NCBI GenBank assembly: GCA_965279525.1
Contig: CBDIIB010000005.1
Coordinates: forward strand, 1,280,001-1,344,000
From: Tagaea sp.
GTDB taxonomy: Bacteria > Pseudomonadota > Alphaproteobacteria > CACIAM-22H2
Length of the DNA stretch: 64,000 nt
Direction: 5' to 3'
Shown here piece after piece: positions 21,280 through 32,123 of the stretch. Every line of letters starts with the position of its first letter. Position 1 is the first letter of the stretch. A program made the translations under genes and the position numbers. The notes below the pieces were generated by a model, which did no database searches, was not told the origin of the DNA, and saw nothing but the letters and a program-made list of their open reading frames with translations.

Positions 21280-22797
21280 ATGGAACGCACGACCGCCTAT
21301 AACCGCATCGAAATGCTCCAGGTCGCCGACACGGTGGCCCGCGAGAAGGGCATCGAGCGCGAGCAGGTGCTGGAAGCGATGGAGCAGGCCATCCAGAAGG
21401 CCGGCCGCGCGAAGTACGGCATCGAGCACGACATCCGCGCGCATATCGACCGCGACAACGGCGAGATGCAGCTGCTGCGCTATCGCCTGGTCGCCGATCC
21501 GGTGACCAACGATGCGACCGAGATGTCGATCGAGGAAGCCCAGCGCAAGAATCCCGACGCCAAGGTCGGCGACTACCTGACCGACCCGCTGCCGCCGATC
21601 GATTTCGGCCGCATCGCGGCGCAGACCGCCAAGCAGGTCATCGTCCAGCGCGTGCGCGAGGCCGAGCGCCAGCGCCAGTTCGACGAGTACAAGGATCGCG
21701 TGGGCGAGATCGTCAACGGCCTGGTCAAGCGCGTCGAGTTCGGCAACGTCACGGTCGACCTGGGCCGCGCCGAAGCGATCCTGCGGCGCGACGAGACGAT
21801 CCCGCGCGAGAACTTCAAGGCGCAGGAACGCGTGCGCGCCTACATTTACGACGTCCGCCAGGAAGCGCGCGGTCCCCAGATCTTCCTTTCGCGCACGCAT
21901 CCGCAGTTCACCGCCAAGCTGTTCGCGCAGGAAGTGCCGGAAATCTATGACGGCATCATCGAGATCAAGGCGGTCGCCCGCGATCCGGGCAGCCGCGGCA
22001 AGATCGCCGTCGTCAGCCACGACAGCTCGATCGACCCGGTCGGCGCGTGCGTGGGCATGCGCGGCAGCCGCGTGCAGGCCGTCGTCGCCGAGCAGCAGGG
22101 CGAGAAGATCGACATCATCCCGTGGTCGAACGACCCGGCGACGTTCGTCGTCAATGCGCTGGCACCGGCCGAAGTCACCAAGGTCGTGCTCGACGAGGAA
22201 GCCCGCCGCATCGAGGTGGTCGTCCCCGACGAGCAGCTGTCGCTGGCCATCGGCCGCCGCGGCCAGAATGTGCGCCTTGCCTCCATGCTGACCGGCTGGG
22301 CAATCGACATCCTGACCGAGGCCGAGGAATCCGAACGCCGCCAGCAGGAATTCAAGGAGCGCTCGCAGGTGTTCGTCGATGCGCTCGACGTCGACGACGT
22401 CATCGCGGGCCTGCTCGTCACCGAAGGCTTCACGACGGTCGAGGAAGTCGCCGTCGTCGACGCCGACGAACTGGCCGGCATCGAAGGGTTCGACGAAGGC
22501 GTTGCCGCCGAGCTCAAGACGCGCGCGGAGAACTTCGTCGAGAAGGAACACGAGCGCCTCGAGACCGAGCGCAAGCGCCTCGGCGTGGTCGACGAGATCG
22601 CCGGAATGGATGTCTTCACGCCCGCCATGCTGGTCATGCTCGGCGAGAAGGGCGTCAAGACGCTCGACGACCTGGGCGACCTCGCCGGCGACGAGCTGAT
22701 CGAGATCGTCGGCAAGGACGCGATGGACGAAGAGACCGCCAACGCGACCATCATGAAGGCGCGCGAGCACTGGTTCGCGGAAGAAAAACAGAAGTAA
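21280..22797 (+). CDS. nusA: transcription termination factor NusA
   Basis: FGRIAAQTAKQVI, ARDPGSR, VGACVGMRGSRVQ, AIGRRGQNVRLAS. Confidence 0.98.
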   Translation: MERTTAYNRIEMLQVADTVAREKGIEREQVLEAMEQAIQKAGRAKYGIEHDIRAHIDRDNGEMQLLRYRLVADPVTNDATEMSIEEAQRKNPDAKVGDYLTDPLPPIDFGRIAAQTAKQVIVQRVREAERQRQFDEYKDRVGEIVNGLVKRVEFGNVTVDLGRAEAILRRDETIPRENFKAQERVRAYIYDVRQEARGPQIFLSRTHPQFTAKLFAQEVPEIYDGIIEIKAVARDPGSRGKIAVVSHDSSIDPVGACVGMRGSRVQAVVAEQQGEKIDIIPWSNDPATFVVNALAPAEVTKVVLDEEARRIEVVVPDEQLSLAIGRRGQNVRLASMLTGWAIDILTEAEESERRQQEFKERSQVFVDALDVDDVIAGLLVTEGFTTVEEVAVVDADELAGIEGFDEGVAAELKTRAENFVEKEHERLETERKRLGVVDEIAGMDVFTPAMLVMLGEKGVKTLDDLGDLAGDELIEIVGKDAMDEETANATIMKAREHWFAEEKQK

Positions 22798-22814
22798 GGA
22801 ACAGACGGAAGCAC

Positions 22815-23441
22815 GTGACCGAAGCCCTCGCCCTCGATCCGGCCCCCCTGGCCGACGATCTGCCCGACACCGACGGGCCGCTGCGCCGCTGCATCGTCAG
22901 CGGCCGCACGGGTCCGCGCGAGTCGTTCGTGCGCTTCGTCGTCGGGCCGAACGGCGAGGTGTTTCCGGACGTGGCGGGCAAGCTGCCCGGACGCGGCCTG
23001 TGGGTGACGGCGGATTTCGCGTCGGTACGCCAGGCGGTGCAGAAGAACGCCTTTGCCAAGGCGGCACGCCAGCCCGCGAAAGCGGCGGCGGACCTGCCGG
23101 AGCGCGTCGGGCATCTGCTCGCGCGCCGTGCGGTCGAAACGCTGTCGCTGTGCCGGCGCGCCGGCCAGGCCGCGCAGGGTTTCGCCAAGGTGAAGGAAAA
23201 GATCGAGAAAGGCCGCTGCGGGCTGCTCGTGGCGGCATCCGACGGTTCGCACGCCGAGCGCGCGCGGCTGGCCGGTGCGGAAATTCCGGTGGCCACGGGG
23301 CTGACGGCGAACGAGATGGGTGAAGCCTTCGGGCGGGACCATGCGGTGCATGCGGCGATCGCACCGGGTGCGCTCGCCCAACGGCTTGGCGAGGATTTGG
23401 CGCGTTTGGCGGGTTACCGCGCGAACGAAAGCAACGGATGA
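22815..23441 (+). CDS. YlxR/DUF448 RNA-binding protein with L7Ae-like C-terminal domain
   Basis: [23 protein letters not shown]; between nusA and infB; GTG start. Confidence 0.88.
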   Translation: MTEALALDPAPLADDLPDTDGPLRRCIVSGRTGPRESFVRFVVGPNGEVFPDVAGKLPGRGLWVTADFASVRQAVQKNAFAKAARQPAKAAADLPERVGHLLARRAVETLSLCRRAGQAAQGFAKVKEKIEKGRCGLLVAASDGSHAERARLAGAEIPVATGLTANEMGEAFGRDHAVHAAIAPGALAQRLGEDLARLAGYRANESNG

Positions 23442-23461
23442 AAGCGAACGACGGTCGAGAT

Positions 23462-26116
23462 ATGACGGACACCAAGGATCAGGAAACTCCCCAGGACGCC
23501 AAGAAGAAGCTCGCTCTCGCCGGCAAGTCCGGCGGTCGGCTGGAACTGCGTTCGCCCGGCGGTGCCGGCGGCGATGCAGGTTCTGTCCGCCAGAGCTTCC
23601 CGCATGGCCGCTCCAAGACCGTGCAGGTCGAGGTCCGCAAGAAGCGCGTGCCGGGTGCGGCACCCGCACCTGCCGCGGGACCCACTCCTGCCGCCGAGGC
23701 GGCCGCGACGAAGGCCGCCGCCGCGTCCGGTCCGGCGCCGACGGCCAAGCCGCAGGTTCTGCGCACGCTGACCGACGAGGAACGCACCGCGCGCCAGCGC
23801 GCGATCCAGAGCGCCATCCGTGCCGACGTCGAGGCCAAGCGCCGCAACGAGGACGAAGCGCGCCTGATCGAAGCCGACATGAAGCGCAAGTCGGAGGACG
23901 ACGCCAAGCGCAAGACCGAGGAAGTCGCCCAGAAGAAGGTCGACAACGTCGTCGCCCAGAAGGCGGACGAAGAGCAGAAGAAGCGCGCCGAAGAAGAGAC
24001 GCTGCGCCTCAACGAAGAAGAGAACAAGCGCCGGCAGGCGACCGAAGTCGCGCGCGCGGCCACGCTGCCGCCGGCCGTCAAGGCCGCGGTCGCCGCGACC
24101 GCCGAAGACGAGGATCGCCCGCGCCGTCCCGGCGCCTTCCGTCCCGGCCAGGGTCCCGGCCGTCCGGGCGCCTTCCGCCCCCCCAACAAGGCCGCACCAG
24201 AAGGCGGGCGCGATCTCAAGGAACGCCGCCAGGGCAAGATCTCGGTCACCCAGGCGCTCGACAGCGAAGAAACGATCCGCGTGCGTTCGCTCGCCGCGAT
24301 GAAGCGCGCGCGCGAAAAGGAACGCGCGCGCATGTTCCAGCAGGGGCCGGCCGCCAAGGTCGTGCGCGACGTCGTCATCCCCGAGGCGATCACGGTCCAG
24401 GAACTCGCCAACCGCATGGCCGAGCGCAGCGTGGACGTCATCAAGTCGCTGATGAAGATGGGCGTCATGGCGACGATCAACGAGCCGGTCGACGCCGACA
24501 CCGCAGAACTGATCGTGGCCGAGTTCGGCCACAAGGTCATCCGCGTGGCCGAAGCCGACGTCGAGATCGGCCTCGAAGGCAACACCGATACCGACGTGGC
24601 GCTCCAGCCGCGCGCCCCGGTCGTCACGATCATGGGTCACGTCGACCACGGCAAGACCTCGCTGCTCGACGCGTTGCGCGAGACGGACGTCGCCAAGCAC
24701 GAGGCCGGCGGCATCACGCAGCATATCGGCGCCTACAAGGTGAAGCTGAAGGGCGGTCAGGCGATCACGTTCCTCGACACCCCGGGCCACGAGGCGTTCA
24801 CCGCCATGCGTGCGCGCGGCGCCAAGGTCACCGACATCGTCGTGCTGGTCGTGGCTGCCGACGACGGCATCCAGCCGCAGACGGTCGAGGCGATCGCGCA
24901 CGCCAAGGCGGCGGGCGTCCCGATGATCGTGGCGATCAACAAGGTCGACAAGCCGGACGCCGACTCCGACCGCGTGCGGCGCGATCTCCTCCAGCACGAC
25001 GTGGCCCTCGAAGGCTACGGCGGCGACACGCTGGGCATCGATGTTTCCGCCAAGGCGCGTACCGGTCTCGACAAGCTCGAGGAAGCGATCCTGCTGCAGG
25101 CCGAAATCCTGGAGCTGCGCGCCAATCCCGAGCGTGCGGCACAAGGTGCCATCGTCGAAGCCAAGCTCGAGCGCGGCCGCGGTCCGGTCGCGACCGTGCT
25201 GGTCCAGAAGGGCACGCTCAAGGTCGGCGACATCTTCGTCGCGGGCGAGGAATGGGGGCGCGTGCGCGCCCTCGTCGACGACCGCGGCCGCCAGATCGAC
25301 GCCGCCGGCCCGTCCACACCGGTCGAGGTCATCGGCCTCAACGGCACGCCGCAGGCGGGCGACGACTTCCAGGTCGTCGACAACGATGCGCGCGCGCGCG
25401 AGGTGACCGAGTTCCGCCAACGCCGTTCGCGCGATGCGACGGCCACGGCGCGGGCACGCGGCACGCTCGAGCAGATGTTCACCAAGATCCAGCAGGGCGA
25501 GGCCAAGGAGCTTGCGGTCGTCGTGAAGACCGACGTGCAGGGCTCGCTCGAGGCGATCGTCGGGGCGCTCACCAAGCTGCGCACCGACGAAGTCGCGGTG
25601 CGCATCCTGCACGGTGCCGTGGGCGGCATCACCGAAGGCGACATCGCGTTGGCCAAGGCAAGCCAGGGCGTGATCATCGGCTTCAACGTGCGTGCCAACC
25701 CGCAGGCCCGCGAGATGGCAAAGCGCGACGGCATCGAGATCCGTTACTACTCGATCATCTACGGCGTGATCGACGAGATCAAGGCGGCCCTCTCGGGCAT
25801 GCTCTCGCCGACGCTGAAGGAGAAGTTCCTCGGCAACGCGGAGATCCGCCAGGTCTTCAACATCACCAAGGTCGGCAAGGTCGCCGGCTGCCGCGTGGTG
25901 GAAGGCATCGTCAAGCGCGGGGCGAAGGTCCGCCTGCTGCGCGACCAGACGGTCATCCACGAAGGCACGCTCAAGACGCTGCGCCGCTTCAAGGAAGAAG
26001 TGCGCGAGGTCCAGGACGGCTACGAGTGCGGCATGGCATTCGAGAACTACGAGGACATCCGCGAGGGTGATCTGATCGAGTGCTTCGAGGTCGAGGAAGT
26101 CGCGCGCACGATCTGA
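23462..26116 (+). CDS. infB: translation initiation factor IF-2
   Basis: [34 protein letters not shown]; alternative start 23438. Confidence 0.98.
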   Translation: MTDTKDQETPQDAKKKLALAGKSGGRLELRSPGGAGGDAGSVRQSFPHGRSKTVQVEVRKKRVPGAAPAPAAGPTPAAEAAATKAAAASGPAPTAKPQVLRTLTDEERTARQRAIQSAIRADVEAKRRNEDEARLIEADMKRKSEDDAKRKTEEVAQKKVDNVVAQKADEEQKKRAEEETLRLNEEENKRRQATEVARAATLPPAVKAAVAATAEDEDRPRRPGAFRPGQGPGRPGAFRPPNKAAPEGGRDLKERRQGKISVTQALDSEETIRVRSLAAMKRAREKERARMFQQGPAAKVVRDVVIPEAITVQELANRMAERSVDVIKSLMKMGVMATINEPVDADTAELIVAEFGHKVIRVAEADVEIGLEGNTDTDVALQPRAPVVTIMGHVDHGKTSLLDALRETDVAKHEAGGITQHIGAYKVKLKGGQAITFLDTPGHEAFTAMRARGAKVTDIVVLVVAADDGIQPQTVEAIAHAKAAGVPMIVAINKVDKPDADSDRVRRDLLQHDVALEGYGGDTLGIDVSAKARTGLDKLEEAILLQAEILELRANPERAAQGAIVEAKLERGRGPVATVLVQKGTLKVGDIFVAGEEWGRVRALVDDRGRQIDAAGPSTPVEVIGLNGTPQAGDDFQVVDNDARAREVTEFRQRRSRDATATARARGTLEQMFTKIQQGEAKELAVVVKTDVQGSLEAIVGALTKLRTDEVAVRILHGAVGGITEGDIALAKASQGVIIGFNVRANPQAREMAKRDGIEIRYYSIIYGVIDEIKAALSGMLSPTLKEKFLGNAEIRQVFNITKVGKVAGCRVVEGIVKRGAKVRLLRDQTVIHEGTLKTLRRFKEEVREVQDGYECGMAFENYEDIREGDLIECFEVEEVARTI

Positions 26117-26700
26117 TGGGGCACGCGGCCGACGATACCGGGGACGGTGCGGGGAATATCCCGCCCGTCCCCTTCTATTTCCTGCGCCACGGCGAGACCG
26201 ACTGGAACCGCGCGCACCGGCTCCAGGGGAATATCGACGTACCGCTCAACGAGACCGGCGTCGCACAGGCGCAGGCCGCCGCCGCGAGGCTCGCGGGCCT
26301 GCCCATCGCCACGATCGTTTCAAGCCCCCTGTCGCGCGCCTTGCGCACAGCGGAGTTCGCGGCACGCGCACTTGGCTTGCCGGTCGAACTCGATGCCGGG
26401 CTTGCCGAGTGCGCGCTGGGCGTGCGCGAAGGCACGCCCGAAGAGGGATTTCTCGCCCGATGGCAGCGCGGCGAGGAGACACCGGAGGGCGGGGAAAGCT
26501 TCGTCGAGTTCTGCCGGCGCGCGCAGGCCGGTGTGGGTCGGGCACTTGCCCGGCCGGGTCCGGTCCTCGTCGTCGCGCACGGCGGCGTTTTTTCGGCGCT
26601 GCGGCGTGCGCTCGGTCTTGGCCCGTCGATGATGCTCGCCAATGCGGTCCCGATCTACCTGCTGCCGCACGACGGCAGATGGGACATGGCCGAGATCTAG
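26116..26700 (+). CDS. histidine phosphatase (phosphoglycerate mutase-like) family protein
   Basis: FLRHGETDWN, SSPLSRA, VVAHGG; TGATG overlap with infB. Confidence 0.88.
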   Translation: MGHAADDTGDGAGNIPPVPFYFLRHGETDWNRAHRLQGNIDVPLNETGVAQAQAAAARLAGLPIATIVSSPLSRALRTAEFAARALGLPVELDAGLAECALGVREGTPEEGFLARWQRGEETPEGGESFVEFCRRAQAGVGRALARPGPVLVVAHGGVFSALRRALGLGPSMMLANAVPIYLLPHDGRWDMAEI

Positions 26701-28661
26701 CTGCCGGGCCGCATCGCTTCCTTGGCCTTGGCCGCAAGCTGGTCGAGGCTGAAGGGCTTGGGCAGGAAGTGGACATTGTCGAAGCCCGCCAGCGTCTGGC
26801 GGAACTGCTCCTCGGCATAGCCAGAAATGCACACGATCTTCAGCGCCGGGAACAGCTTGCGCGATTCGCGGATCAGCGTCGTGCCGTCCATCTGCGGCAT
26901 CACGACGTCGGTGATCATCAGGTCGATGGTGGCGCCGATCTCGCGCACGATATCGAGGGCCGCATCGCCCGTCTTCGCCTCGACGACCTTGTAGCCCTTG
27001 TTGCGCAGCGCACGTGCTCCGAACAGGCGCACGGCGTCCTCGTCCTCGACCAGCAGCACGGTGCCGGCTCCGGTAAGATCGCGCCGGCGTGCGGGCGAGG
27101 TGTCGGCGCTTTCTTCCTGTGCGGGACCCGTCCAGCGCGGCAGCAGCAACGTGAAGGTCGATCCGCGGCCCGGCGCGCTGTCGACCTGCACGAAGCCGCC
27201 GGTCTGGCGCACGATGCCGTAGACGGTCGAGAGCCCCAGCCCCGTGCCGGACCCCACCGCCTTGGTCGAGAAGAACGGCTCGAAGATGCGCCCGATGATG
27301 TCGGGCGGGATGCCGGTCCCGGTATCCGCCACGTCGACGCGCACGTATTCGCCGGGCGGAATCTCCTCGTCGCCATAGCGCTCCGGCACGGTCTTGGTCG
27401 CGTTCGATGTGCGGATCGTCAGCGTGCCGCCGTTGTGCATCGCGTCGCGCGCGTTGACCGCGAGATTGATGATCACCTGCTCGAGCTGGCCCTGGTCGAC
27501 GCGCACGAGCCACAGGTCGCGCGCGTGCACGACCTTGAGCTCGATCGCGGCACCGATCAGCCGGCGCAGCAGGTGGGAAAGCTCGGTCAGCGCGTCGGTG
27601 ACGTCGAGCACCTTGGGCTGCAACGTCTGCTGGCGCGAAAAGGCGAGGAGCTGGCGCACCAGGTTCGCCGCGCGGTTGGCGTTCTGGCGGATCTGCATGA
27701 TGTCGGCGAAGGACGCGTCGCCGGGCTGGTGGCGCAGCAGCAGCAGGTCGCAGAACCCGATCATCGCGGTCAGCAGGTTGTTGAAGTCGTGGGCGACGCC
27801 GCCTGCGAGCTGGCCGACTGCCTGCATCTTCTGCGACTGGGCGAACTGCTGCTCCAGCCGGCGCTGCTCGCTGATGTCGAGGAAATGCAGGATCGTGGCC
27901 CCGTCCGCGCCGGCCGATTCGTCGAGCGCGCGCGCGAACGTCGCGACGATGCGTTCCTTGCCGTCCGCCCCCACCAGCCGCACGTTGATGTGCTCGGGCG
28001 CTCGCTCGCTGGCACCCTTGCCCGTCGACGCGATGGCGAGCCGACGCAGTTTGCCGATCAGTTCGCCGCGCTCCTCGGGCACCACGAACATCGTCAGGTT
28101 CCGCCCGGCCGCCCCTTCGCGGTCGGCACCGGTCAGGCGCTGGAACGCGCGGTTGGTCTCGGTCAGCCGTCCGTCGGGATCGACAAGGGCGATGCCGACC
28201 GGCGCGTTCTCGAAAAACCGCCGAAAACCCAATTCGCTGCGTGCGAGTGCCGTCGCCATCTCGCGCTCGGGCTCGGCATCGCGCGCCATCGCGCGCACGA
28301 CGATGCCGTCGGGTGCGACCGGATCGCTTGTCTGGGCGATCGAGATGAGCGTCGGCACGCCGCCCAGATGGCGGAACCGAACGTCGCCATTCGACAGGCC
28401 GAGCCCGCCGAACGGATCGTAGGCGGCCGTCCCCGCCGGGATCGGCTCGGCGAGCACGTCGTGCAGGCGCAGGCCGCCGACGATCTCGGCAAGCGGCCGG
28501 CCGATCATCTCGGCGAAAGCGGGATTGGCAAAGACAAAGCGGCCGCCGGCATCGAGCGCGTAGAAGCCGACGGGTGCGGCGGCCAGAAAGGCCCCCGCAC
28601 CCCTGTCGAGTGCCGCTTGCGTCTTGCTTTGGTTGAGGCCGAATAGTTTGCCGAACACCAT
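26697..28661 (-). CDS. cckA: PAS-PAS hybrid histidine kinase/receiver, CckA-like
   Basis: QSQKMQAVGQLAGGVAHDFNNLLT, NLAVNARDAM, GTGLGLSTVYGIV, receiver VEDEDAVR...TDVVMPQMDG. Confidence 0.8.
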   Translation of the reverse strand: MVFGKLFGLNQSKTQAALDRGAGAFLAAAPVGFYALDAGGRFVFANPAFAEMIGRPLAEIVGGLRLHDVLAEPIPAGTAAYDPFGGLGLSNGDVRFRHLGGVPTLISIAQTSDPVAPDGIVVRAMARDAEPEREMATALARSELGFRRFFENAPVGIALVDPDGRLTETNRAFQRLTGADREGAAGRNLTMFVVPEERGELIGKLRRLAIASTGKGASERAPEHINVRLVGADGKERIVATFARALDESAGADGATILHFLDISEQRRLEQQFAQSQKMQAVGQLAGGVAHDFNNLLTAMIGFCDLLLLRHQPGDASFADIMQIRQNANRAANLVRQLLAFSRQQTLQPKVLDVTDALTELSHLLRRLIGAAIELKVVHARDLWLVRVDQGQLEQVIINLAVNARDAMHNGGTLTIRTSNATKTVPERYGDEEIPPGEYVRVDVADTGTGIPPDIIGRIFEPFFSTKAVGSGTGLGLSTVYGIVRQTGGFVQVDSAPGRGSTFTLLLPRWTGPAQEESADTSPARRRDLTGAGTVLLVEDEDAVRLFGARALRNKGYKVVEAKTGDAALDIVREIGATIDLMITDVVMPQMDGTTLIRESRKLFPALKIVCISGYAEEQFRQTLAGFDNVHFLPKPFSLDQLAAKAKEAMRPGS

Positions 28662-28719
28662 GCCGGCCAGATTAGTGCAGAACGCGACCCGGCGTAATCG
28701 GGTTCTGCACCCTGTCGGT

Positions 28720-30057
28720 CTATGCCGCCGCGCGCATCGCAAGGCCTGCCGCGCGCATGGCCCAGGTGCGGTTGACCGGGCTGTGCGGCTTGGCGGCCAG
28801 CCGTTCGGCGGCGAACAGGCGGGCGGCACCGGCCTGGCCGTCGCGGATCGCCGCCTCGACCAGCGTCCACAGCACGATGTCCCGCTGCGCGTGGCTGCCG
28901 CCGAAGCGCGCCGCACGCGCGCGCATCGCCAGCAGATGGTCGATGCAGGCGCCATGGCGGCCCTCGCCGAACGCCAGCATGCCCTCGGCGAAGTCGAGCC
29001 CGCTCATCGCCGACATCGACGCGTTGGTGCCGGCGCCGACGCATGCGGCGCGCAGGGTGGCGATCTGCCGGCGCGCGAGGTCAAGCCGCCCGGCGCCGAC
29101 GAAGGCCATCGTCGCGTGGGCATCGTTGAACGCGTAGAGCCCGTGCTCGACCCGCGTCGCCCAGCGTGCGGCGACCGGCGCAAAGCGCCCGCCGGTCTCG
29201 TGGCCCCGCACGAACAGCCGCCACAGCATCGCGGTCGCATCGATCAGCTCGAGCACCGTATCGCTGTCGGCCGGCCGGACGCGCGTGTCGTAGAGGTCGA
29301 GCACCTGGCCGATCTCCTCGCGGTCGAGGTGGCAAAGCGCCAGATGCCACCAGTTGTGGAACGAGAACATGTTGTCCGGCGCCCAGCCGGCCGAGGTCGA
29401 TTCCAGCCAGTCGATGCCCGCCGCGGCGTCGCCGCGCATCTCCAGCACGTGCGCGACCGCGTGGACGGCCCAGGCGTCCTGCGGATTCGCGGCGACCGAC
29501 GCGCGGCCCGCGCGCTCGGCGGCGTCGAACGCGCCGGTCTCCTCGAGTCCGAAGGCGTGCATGCCGCGCACGAACCCGGCGCGCGGCACGTCGCCTTCGA
29601 ATGCCGGCAGCACGCCGGCGATCCGGTCGCGCAGCATCGCCGACGCGCCGTTGAAGAAGTCGCCCAGATGCGCGAGCTGCAGCGCCAGCGTGTCGCGCGG
29701 GAAGGCGTGCAGGATGCGGCCCCACAGCTCGGTCGCCTGCGCCCAGTCGCCGGCGGCCCAGGAATCGAGGGCGGCAATGTGGCCGCGTTCGCGGTCGTTG
29801 CCATCGGCGGCCAGCGCACGCGCCGCGGCCAGCGTCTTGGCCAGTTCGCTGTCGAACATGCGGTCGGTCGCCGTCGCGATCAGCCCCGCGCGGAAGCAGT
29901 GCGCGAGAAGGAAGTGCGGATGGTGCGCCAGGATCGCGTCGACATCGGCGAAGGGATCGGCGCGGTAGGCAAGAAACTTGTCGGCTGCCGCATCGAGGGC
30001 GGCGACGGCATCGCGGTCGGGATAGGACACGGGATTGCCAAGCAGGTCGAAGGTCAT
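28720..30057 (-). CDS. TTC38-like tetratricopeptide-repeat protein
   Basis: GMHAFGLEE, DAWAVHAVAHVLEM, HNWWHLAL, GGSHAQRD motifs. Confidence 0.8.
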   Translation of the reverse strand: MTFDLLGNPVSYPDRDAVAALDAAADKFLAYRADPFADVDAILAHHPHFLLAHCFRAGLIATATDRMFDSELAKTLAAARALAADGNDRERGHIAALDSWAAGDWAQATELWGRILHAFPRDTLALQLAHLGDFFNGASAMLRDRIAGVLPAFEGDVPRAGFVRGMHAFGLEETGAFDAAERAGRASVAANPQDAWAVHAVAHVLEMRGDAAAGIDWLESTSAGWAPDNMFSFHNWWHLALCHLDREEIGQVLDLYDTRVRPADSDTVLELIDATAMLWRLFVRGHETGGRFAPVAARWATRVEHGLYAFNDAHATMAFVGAGRLDLARRQIATLRAACVGAGTNASMSAMSGLDFAEGMLAFGEGRHGACIDHLLAMRARAARFGGSHAQRDIVLWTLVEAAIRDGQAGAARLFAAERLAAKPHSPVNRTWAMRAAGLAMRAAA

Positions 30058-30207
30058 TTCGCGGTCTCCGGAAAAGTGGGACGCGACTTATCGGCCATGC
30101 GGCCGACCTACACCAGAAGGCGCATGGTGCAGTTCAAGAACCGGTGATAGTCGTTCGAAAACAATATGCTGATCGATGTCCGGCTATCTGTAACCCCGAT
30201 CTTCATC

Positions 30208-30230
30208 GTACAACTGTACCTATGGTATAG
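30208..30230. promoter_or_regulatory. putative TetR operator (overlapping imperfect palindromes)
   Basis: GTACA-ac-TGTAC and CTGTACC-tat-GGTATAG just upstream of the TetR ATG. Confidence 0.5.
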
Positions 30231-30237
30231 GAGCGCG

Positions 30238-30864
30238 ATGCGCGAACCGACCACCCTGCGCCGCGGCGAAGCGCGCGAGCGGCTTCTCGAGCTTGCCGAG
30301 CGGACCGTGCTCGACAAGGGATTCGGCGCCACGTCGATCGAAGAGCTGATCGCCGGCGTCGGCATCACGAAAAGCGCGTTCTTCTATCACTTCAAGGACA
30401 AGAACGCGCTCGCGCAGGCGCTGATCGAGCGTTATCTCGAGAGCGACACCGTGATCCTCGACACGCTGTTCGCGCGCGGCGACGAGCTGTCGGACGATCC
30501 GCTGCAGGGCTTCCTGATCGGACTAAAGCTGTTCGCCGAAACCCTCGGCAACCTGCCGGAAGCGCATCCGGGGTGCCTTGCCGCCTCATTCTGCTATCAG
30601 GAACAGCTTTTCAGCCATGACGTGCGCGAACTGACGCGCTCGTCGGCGCTGCGCTGGCGCGCGCGGTTCCGCACGCGCTTCGAGGCGATCGCGGCCGGGC
30701 ATCCGCCGCGCATCCCGGTGGATTTCGAAGCGCTTGCCGACATGGCGGTGACCGTCGTCGACGGCGGGATCACGATGGGCAAGCTCATGAAGGACCCGGC
30801 GATCCTGCCGGCGCAGGTCCTGCACTTCCGGAATTACGTGCGCCTGCTCTTCGACGACGTCTAG
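30238..30864 (+). CDS. TetR/AcrR-family transcriptional regulator
   Basis: KGFGATSIEELIAGVGITKSAFFYHFKDKNAL HTH; PGCL motif. Confidence 0.92.
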   Translation: MREPTTLRRGEARERLLELAERTVLDKGFGATSIEELIAGVGITKSAFFYHFKDKNALAQALIERYLESDTVILDTLFARGDELSDDPLQGFLIGLKLFAETLGNLPEAHPGCLAASFCYQEQLFSHDVRELTRSSALRWRARFRTRFEAIAAGHPPRIPVDFEALADMAVTVVDGGITMGKLMKDPAILPAQVLHFRNYVRLLFDDV

Positions 30865-32123
30865 CCGTTGGCGCCGAGCACCCGGCCGCACAGATAGAGC
30901 GAGCCGCAGATCAGCACGGGAACCTTGTCGTCGGCACCTGCCGCGAGCGACGCGATCGCGGCCATCTCATTGGCGGCCTCGGCGACGTCGGCGATGCCGA
31001 CCTGGCGCGCGGCAGCGGCGATCTCGCCGGCCGGGCGCGACAGCGGCTCGCCGGAAATCGGGATCGCGCGCACCCGGCGCACGAAGGGTGCCACGTGCCG
31101 CAGGAAGCTTGCCGGATCCTTGGTCGATAGCATCCCGAAGACGAGATCGATCTTCCGCCCGGCGATCCAGCCCGCAAGTGCCTCGCCGGCCGCATCGTTG
31201 TGGCCGCCGTCGAGGAACAGCGCCGTCCCGGCGGGCAGAAGCCCGGCCAGGGGTCCGCGTGTCAGGCGCTGCAGGCGTGCGGGCCATTGCGCCCCAGCCA
31301 CGCCGGCCGCGATGGCAGATGCGCCAAGCCCGAGCAGTTCGGCGCAGGCCACCGCAAGACCGGCATTGTCGAACTGGTGCGGTCCCGGCAGGGCCGGTAC
31401 GGGCAGCTCGCGCACGGCCTTGCCGGCATAGCTGAAGCCGCCCGGCGTGCGCGTGAAATTCCATTCCCGGCCGTGCCGGAACAGCGGCACGCCGAGTTCG
31501 GCGCCGCGCCGGTCGAAGACGGCGGCGGCTTCGGCCGGCTGAACGCCGATCGCCGTGGGCACGCCCGGCTTCATGATCCCGGCCTTTTCGCCCGCGATCA
31601 GCGCCAGCGTGTCGCCCAGATACTGCATGTGGTCGAACGAGATCGGCGTCTGCGCCACCACTGCCGGACGGCGGACAAGGTTCGTCGCGTCGAGCCGCCC
31701 GCCCATGCCGGTTTCCAGCAGCACGTAGTCGGCCGGATGGCGCGCGAAGGCGAGGAAGGCGGCAGCGGTCGTCACCTCGAAGAACGTGATCGGGGCGCCG
31801 GCGTTGATCCGCTCGATCTCCTCGAGGATCGCCGAAAGCTCGCCGTCCGCGATCAGCGATCCGGCCAGCCGGATGCGTTCGTTGAAGCGCACGAGATGCG
31901 GCGACGTATAGACATGGACGCGCTTGCCCGCCGCTTCCAGCATCGCGCGCAGACACGCGATGGTCGATCCCTTGCCGTTGGTGCCGGCGACGTGGACGAC
32001 GGGGGCGAGGGCGTCCTGCGGATCGCCGAGCGCCTTCATCAGCCCGACCACGCGGTCGAGCGACATGTCGATGGCCTTGGGGTGGAGCGTCTTCAGGCGC
32101 TCCAGGATCGGATCGGCGCTCAC
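30861..32123 (-). CDS. folC: folylpolyglutamate synthase/dihydrofolate synthase
   Basis: HVAGTNGKGST, YTSPHLVRFNERI, ETGMGGRLDATN, LDGGHN. Confidence 0.96.
   Translation of the reverse strand: MSADPILERLKTLHPKAIDMSLDRVVGLMKALGDPQDALAPVVHVAGTNGKGSTIACLRAMLEAAGKRVHVYTSPHLVRFNERIRLAGSLIADGELSAILEEIERINAGAPITFFEVTTAAAFLAFARHPADYVLLETGMGGRLDATNLVRRPAVVAQTPISFDHMQYLGDTLALIAGEKAGIMKPGVPTAIGVQPAEAAAVFDRRGAELGVPLFRHGREWNFTRTPGGFSYAGKAVRELPVPALPGPHQFDNAGLAVACAELLGLGASAIAAGVAGAQWPARLQRLTRGPLAGLLPAGTALFLDGGHNDAAGEALAGWIAGRKIDLVFGMLSTKDPASFLRHVAPFVRRVRAIPISGEPLSRPAGEIAAAARQVGIADVAEAANEMAAIASLAAGADDKVPVLICGSLYLCGRVLGANG

Noticed and set aside
24125-24182. Direct repeat encoding RPGAFRP twice in infB
   Set aside because: Ordinary low-complexity IF-2 N-terminal linker
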